A DNA stretch of 38,762 nucleotides from contig NC_057718.1 of NCBI RefSeq assembly GCF_004010195.1, positions 15,468,952 through 15,507,713 on the forward strand, given 5' to 3'. The notes below the pieces were generated by a model. That model saw only the letters and a program-made list of their open reading frames with translations, made no database searches and was not told the DNA's origin. Positions within the stretch are counted from its first letter, which is position 1. Every line of letters begins with the position of its first letter. This document shows positions 34,681 through 38,762 of the stretch, piece by piece. Origin of the DNA: Chiloscyllium plagiosum (taxonomy: Eukaryota). A program made the position numbers and the translations under genes.

Positions 34681-34767
34681 ATGATTTGGAGATGCTGGTG
34701 TTGGACTGGAGTGTACAAAGTTAAAAATCACACAACAGCAGGTTATAGTCCAACAGGTTTATTTGGA
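34681..34767 (-). mobile_element. Terminal fragment of the Penelope family seen at 37294-38343
   Basis: Reverse complement of ~38257-38343; flanked by cagtac repeats. Confidence 0.8.
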
Positions 34768-36492
34768 AACAGTACAGTAATTAGGATCATGGTTTGGAGG
34801 ATTAAATGTAGGATTAGTTATGATGAAGATAAATGGCAAAAGAAAGAAGTTACTGATTGAGGCAGTCACCTAATGGTACAGCGTATTAGTCAGTTAAAAG
34901 GGCTTGTTTTCAAAACGTAATAATGGGAAATTTTAATCTTATTGATCAAATTAGTAAAGGTAGACTGGAAGATGAGTTCATTTTGTATTCAACATTTGTT
35001 GGAACAATATGTTCTGGAACAGATTATTTTAGACTTGATAATGGATGACAGAGGTATATTAAATGTTTGCATTTAGATATAGCAAGTAATTAGGTACTTT
35101 GTTAATTTTTACTGCAAGGGGACTGGAGTATAAAAGTTTGGGGGAACTCCTGATCCAACTGTCTAATATTGTTACTCTGTTCAAGCTGTTAGGTTATCCT
35201 ATTTGAAATGCTGAGTGTTGTCAACATGTCTAATACCCAGTGTTAGTAAGGCCCAACCTAAGGTCTTAAAGCATAGTTGTGATGTTAACATGGAGTTGTG
35301 TTCAACTTTACCTGTACTTTTATGACTGCTGCTCTGATACTTTCTTTGGGCACCTTAATTAAGTCACCCTAGTCCTAGCAGGCCATAGGACTATGGTTTA
35401 ACCTGAGGGTGGTCATGTCTCAAGCAAAGGGCAAGGTTGAGTAGGTCGGATATTCACAGTAACCTCAGCCAGTACAGGAACTGAAGCCCTGTTGTTGGTG
35501 TCACTGCATCCCAAACCAAGCTAAACAAACCAAAGGTTACTTGCTATTGTTGAAGGATTCTCTATATTACCAGTGTTTGTAAATCCCCATCCAGTGGTAC
35601 TGAAAAAGTCTAGGAAAATCAGAGGATTAATTGTGTCTTTCAATTTTAATTTTTATGATGATTTATTACTAAATTCTGAGTTAAATTTTATCTCCCTTGG
35701 GGTTCAGGTGAAGCTTGGTTGAGAACTGTAGTTGCTTAACTGGCTGTCCTTTTAATACTGTTTGCTTGTCAAGTACATCCTGTGGAGAAGTTGTCTCTGG
35801 TGGTCCTAAGATCAATTAGGAGTTACATTGCTGGGAGTTTCTTGAGATTGGCAGCTGCTTAGTTGTTCTCTGGAGTTTTATTTGAACAATCTCTCGCAAT
35901 GGATGTCGCAAAAGCATGGAAAAATACAGTTAGGGAAAGAAAGTTTCAGAAAATACAGTATAATGCTACTTTAACAAATGTATGATGCAACCTGCAGCAA
36001 TTTAATCTATTTATCATCTTGTGTTTGGGATTATATTCACCTTTCTAACAATTGCATTATAATAGTGACCTTATTAGGAAAGTCTTGCTGAGCACTTAAG
36101 ATGTTCTCCTTTACAGTAATAACAAAACACCAACTTGCATTTGTATAGCATTTTTAACAAGCAATACATCTCAAGATGCTTCACAACAGTACTATCAGAT
36201 AAAAGTTGGCACCATTGAGCCAATGAAGGTGGAATTAGACCAAACATTTGGTCTAAATATCGATTTTTTTTTAATATATATTATAAAGTACCTTCAGAAG
36301 AATGGGAGAAGTTTAGGAAGAGAATGACTGAGCTTGGGGTTGAAAGTGCTGCTGTCAACGATGGATCAGAGGAAGTCAGAGGCAAAAGAAACACAATGAG
36401 AGGAAGGCAGAGACCTCAGAAGGAAGTAGGAAGTTCTAGAGATTGGGGGAGGAGATGCCCCCTTGATAGAAAAATGAAGCAAGTTCACAGTT

Positions 36493-36498
36493 TTTATT
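36493..36498 (-). terminator. Candidate polyadenylation signal (AATAAA) of the KIF28-like gene
   Basis: TTTATT on the + strand, ~115 nt past the stop codon. Confidence 0.4.
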
Positions 36499-36613
36499 AA
36501 ACAAGTTGCTGGACATTTCTGAGCCTGTAAAAGACAAACAACTTTGTTTGGGAAAGAGAATTTGTTTCCGCTGGAGAGGATCAACTGTTTATTGTTTTTA
36601 AAACAAACTGGCT

Positions 36614-36781
36614 TCACTCTGTCACAGAACCCCACAGGTTGTGCCCCTTCTTCTTTTTAACAATGAGACTGACATCATTCTTCAGAGTGTTCATGCACAA
36701 TTCCAGAGAGTCACCAAAATCCCTTATTATCCGAGTTTGGTTGTCCAGGTACAATCGCAGTGTTTCAACATCATCATCACC
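36614..36781 (-). CDS. KIF28: Last coding exon of a convergent gene, probably kinesin KIF28
   Basis: attgcag|GDDDVETLRLYLDNQTRIIRDFGDSLELCMNTLKNDVSLIVKKKKGHNLWGSVTE*, phase 0. The identification rests on recalled similarity to the KIF28 C-terminus and on KIF28P lying next to SCCPDH in human. Confidence 0.7.
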   Translation of the reverse strand, partial: GDDDVETLRLYLDNQTRIIRDFGDSLELCMNTLKNDVSLIVKKKKGHNLWGSVTE

Positions 36782-37082
36782 CTGCAATGTAGAGATTAAC
36801 ATCTATGAACTCAAATTGTTGCAGGTATGGAAATTTATGCATAATGTCTGATATGATTGAGAAACTGTGTCCACTTATGGGACTCTGCAATAGTGGAGCT
36901 GCAGTCACAAACACTTATACTGTGACTGAACAGAAAGAAAATGGCAAATCAGTATCTCTTACACCCATACACTAGAAGAAAGCAGAGTTAACGTTTCAAA
37001 TCCTGTGACTCTTCAAAGGTTTATTATTTCGTCTTCGCATCAGTTGTTTCATGCAGATTTTACAAATTTGCATCAAACATAC

Positions 37083-37255
37083 CGGTGGTCGATGGCGCCT
37101 CAATCCTAGCAGTTGGTTCCGTACCCTGTTCATGCTTTGGTAAAATGTTTTCAGAGCCTTGGCAAAGTCAACTTCATAACTGGCCTTGGGTGTACCCTTA
37201 CTGCCAAAGGCTTCTGCGTTCTTTCGGTGGAAAGACTTCTCATCGGACCTTGGGG
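37083..37255 (-). CDS. KIF28: Penultimate coding exon, probably KIF28
   Basis: ttttccctag|..PRSDEKSFHRKNAEAFGSKGTPKASYEVDFAKALKTFYQSMNRVRNQLLGLRRHRPP|gtatgt. The phase-0 donor joins in frame to 36781 across a 301-nt intron. Confidence 0.7.
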
Positions 37256-37293
37256 CTAGGGAAAAGTAAGATGAGACCAAACATTAAAATTAC

Positions 37294-38343
37294 TCATGTG
37301 ACTTGGTCAATGTTGTCTATCTCATACGCTGCAGGCAAGGATGCCTGAGGCATGGTGCATCGGTGAGACCTAGCACAGGCTACGGCAACAGTTGAATGGA
37401 CACCGCATAATCAACAGACAGGAGTGTACCTTCGAGTCAGAGAACACGTTCGCAATCTGGGACATTCGACCTCGGACCCTCAGGTGACCACCCTCCAAGG
37501 CGGACTTCGGGACAGGCAACAACGCAAAGTGGCTGAGCAGAGGCTGATAGCCAAGTTCGGTACCCATCGGGATGGCCTCAATTGGGACCTTGGGTTCATG
37601 TCACACTACAGGTGACCCCACTGCACTACATACATACACTCGTACAGACCCATACGCTCATGCAGACCCTCTCTCATACACAAGCTGTCTCTCACATGCT
37701 CACATATACACTACCGCACCGTCTCACAGACTTACACCCCTTTACACTCACACACGTACACACTTTCTCACAGGCAATCATTACGCCCCCACCACAGCTC
37801 CCCCCACCCCCCCCTTAGAAACAAACACATGCACATATAAGTTTATGGGGTGAAGTTGTACTTGCAGAAAAACATTTTACTTTGCTCAAAAACTGCATGA
37901 ATCCATGTACGATTCTGTAAATCCCTTTTTAAAATTAGAATCAGTCTAAACATTGGGGCACTGACAGCCTCACACAGGGTACGTCACACCTTCAATGCAT
38001 TATCTGGACCAACATGGCACCTGTTGTTAAAGTTCACGAGAATGTAACTTTAAGAAAGTTCTGGAATTTACATATGGAAGAACTGAAACTAACATGCCCA
38101 TTCTAAAGATGAGAGACTTAACAAACAACCCAGGTCTTTTTCAATATATAATTTCAGTTACATCACACTGTAAAGTTTTGCTATACCTTCTGTGTCTGAT
38201 GATCTTATACTCCAAAACCACCTGATGAAGGAGCAGTGCTCCGAAAGCTAGTGTGCTTCCAAATAAACCTGTGGGACTATAACCTGGTTTTGTGTGATTT
38301 TTAACTTTGTACACCCCAGTCAACACCAGCATCTCCAAATCAT
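37294..38343 (+). mobile_element. Penelope-like element 3' part (GIY-YIG remnant, CA-rich region, terminal repeat)
   Basis: SCDLVNVVYLIRCRQGC..IGET..RLRQQLNGHR and LQGGLRDRQQRKVAEQRLIAKFGTHRDGLNWDLGFMSHY; terminal hammerhead. Confidence 0.88.
38219..38253 (+). ncRNA. Minimal type I hammerhead ribozyme motif (PLE-type)
   Basis: CAC-CTGATGA-A-GGAGC(AGT)GCTCC-GAAA-GCTA-GTG: helix I CAC/GTG, 5-bp helix II, palindromic AGCT helix III, CUA cleavage triplet. Confidence 0.75.
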
Positions 38344-38762
38344 AACAACTATTCAAGTACAGAAATCATTTTATAGTGAAATACAATAAAATACACTGAA
38401 AAACTTTCATTTGTTGCTATAATCAGGTGCTATTTTGATGGTTTAAGAGTAAGAGAAAATGAAAACATATAGATTAAAGAGATGTCCATCTATGTTTGAA
38501 TTCTGAGCCAGCTCAGAGCCACCACTGCCTCACCAGCCCCAACTCACGTCAAAGTCACTGGTTCTCACATGGCATCTTTTGTTGCTAGGCCTACCTCGTT
38601 GATGTTGCCTCAGGGCTGGCACTCTCCTCCACACTCGGCTAATTCTCTTCTCCCTCCCCAGCCCATCCCCACACTTGCACCCACATTGAAATCATCTCTT
38701 TCCCCTGCACCCCCCTCCCCACCCCCCCAAAACCCCTGCACTGGGCTCACTTTCTCCCCTTC

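Noticed and set aside
38640..38762. C-rich tract (G-quadruplex potential on - strand)
   Set aside because: Low-complexity intronic sequence cut by the window edge; no evidence of function.

Overview
Eukaryotic genomic DNA from a cartilaginous fish, most likely a carpet/bamboo-type shark (inferred from HE1 V-SINEs, CR1/HER1 LINEs and the Penelope-like element content). It holds three spliced genes. (1) The first coding exon of a TMEM179-family gene (- strand, 2405..2086, in a CpG island). (2) A complete 12-exon SCCPDH gene (+ strand, CDS 10869..31676, 427 aa, all introns GT-AG with consistent phases). (3) The last two coding exons of a convergent gene, probably KIF28 (- strand, 37255..37083 and 36781..36614). 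Most other sequence is decayed retroelements. Highlights: a TMEM179 paralogue at the SCCPDH locus, possibly a whole-genome-duplication ohnologue absent from the human locus; several Penelope-derived minimal hammerhead ribozymes with covarying helices; a palindromic Penelope-terminus insertion with a 14-bp TSD that carries a 113-bp inverted copy of DNA lying ~270-380 bp downstream; an apparently ORF1-less LINE behind a tRNA-derived head; and two SINE micro-inversions. Exon boundaries were read by hand. Repeat boundaries are approximate, and family names are from recognition, not database search.
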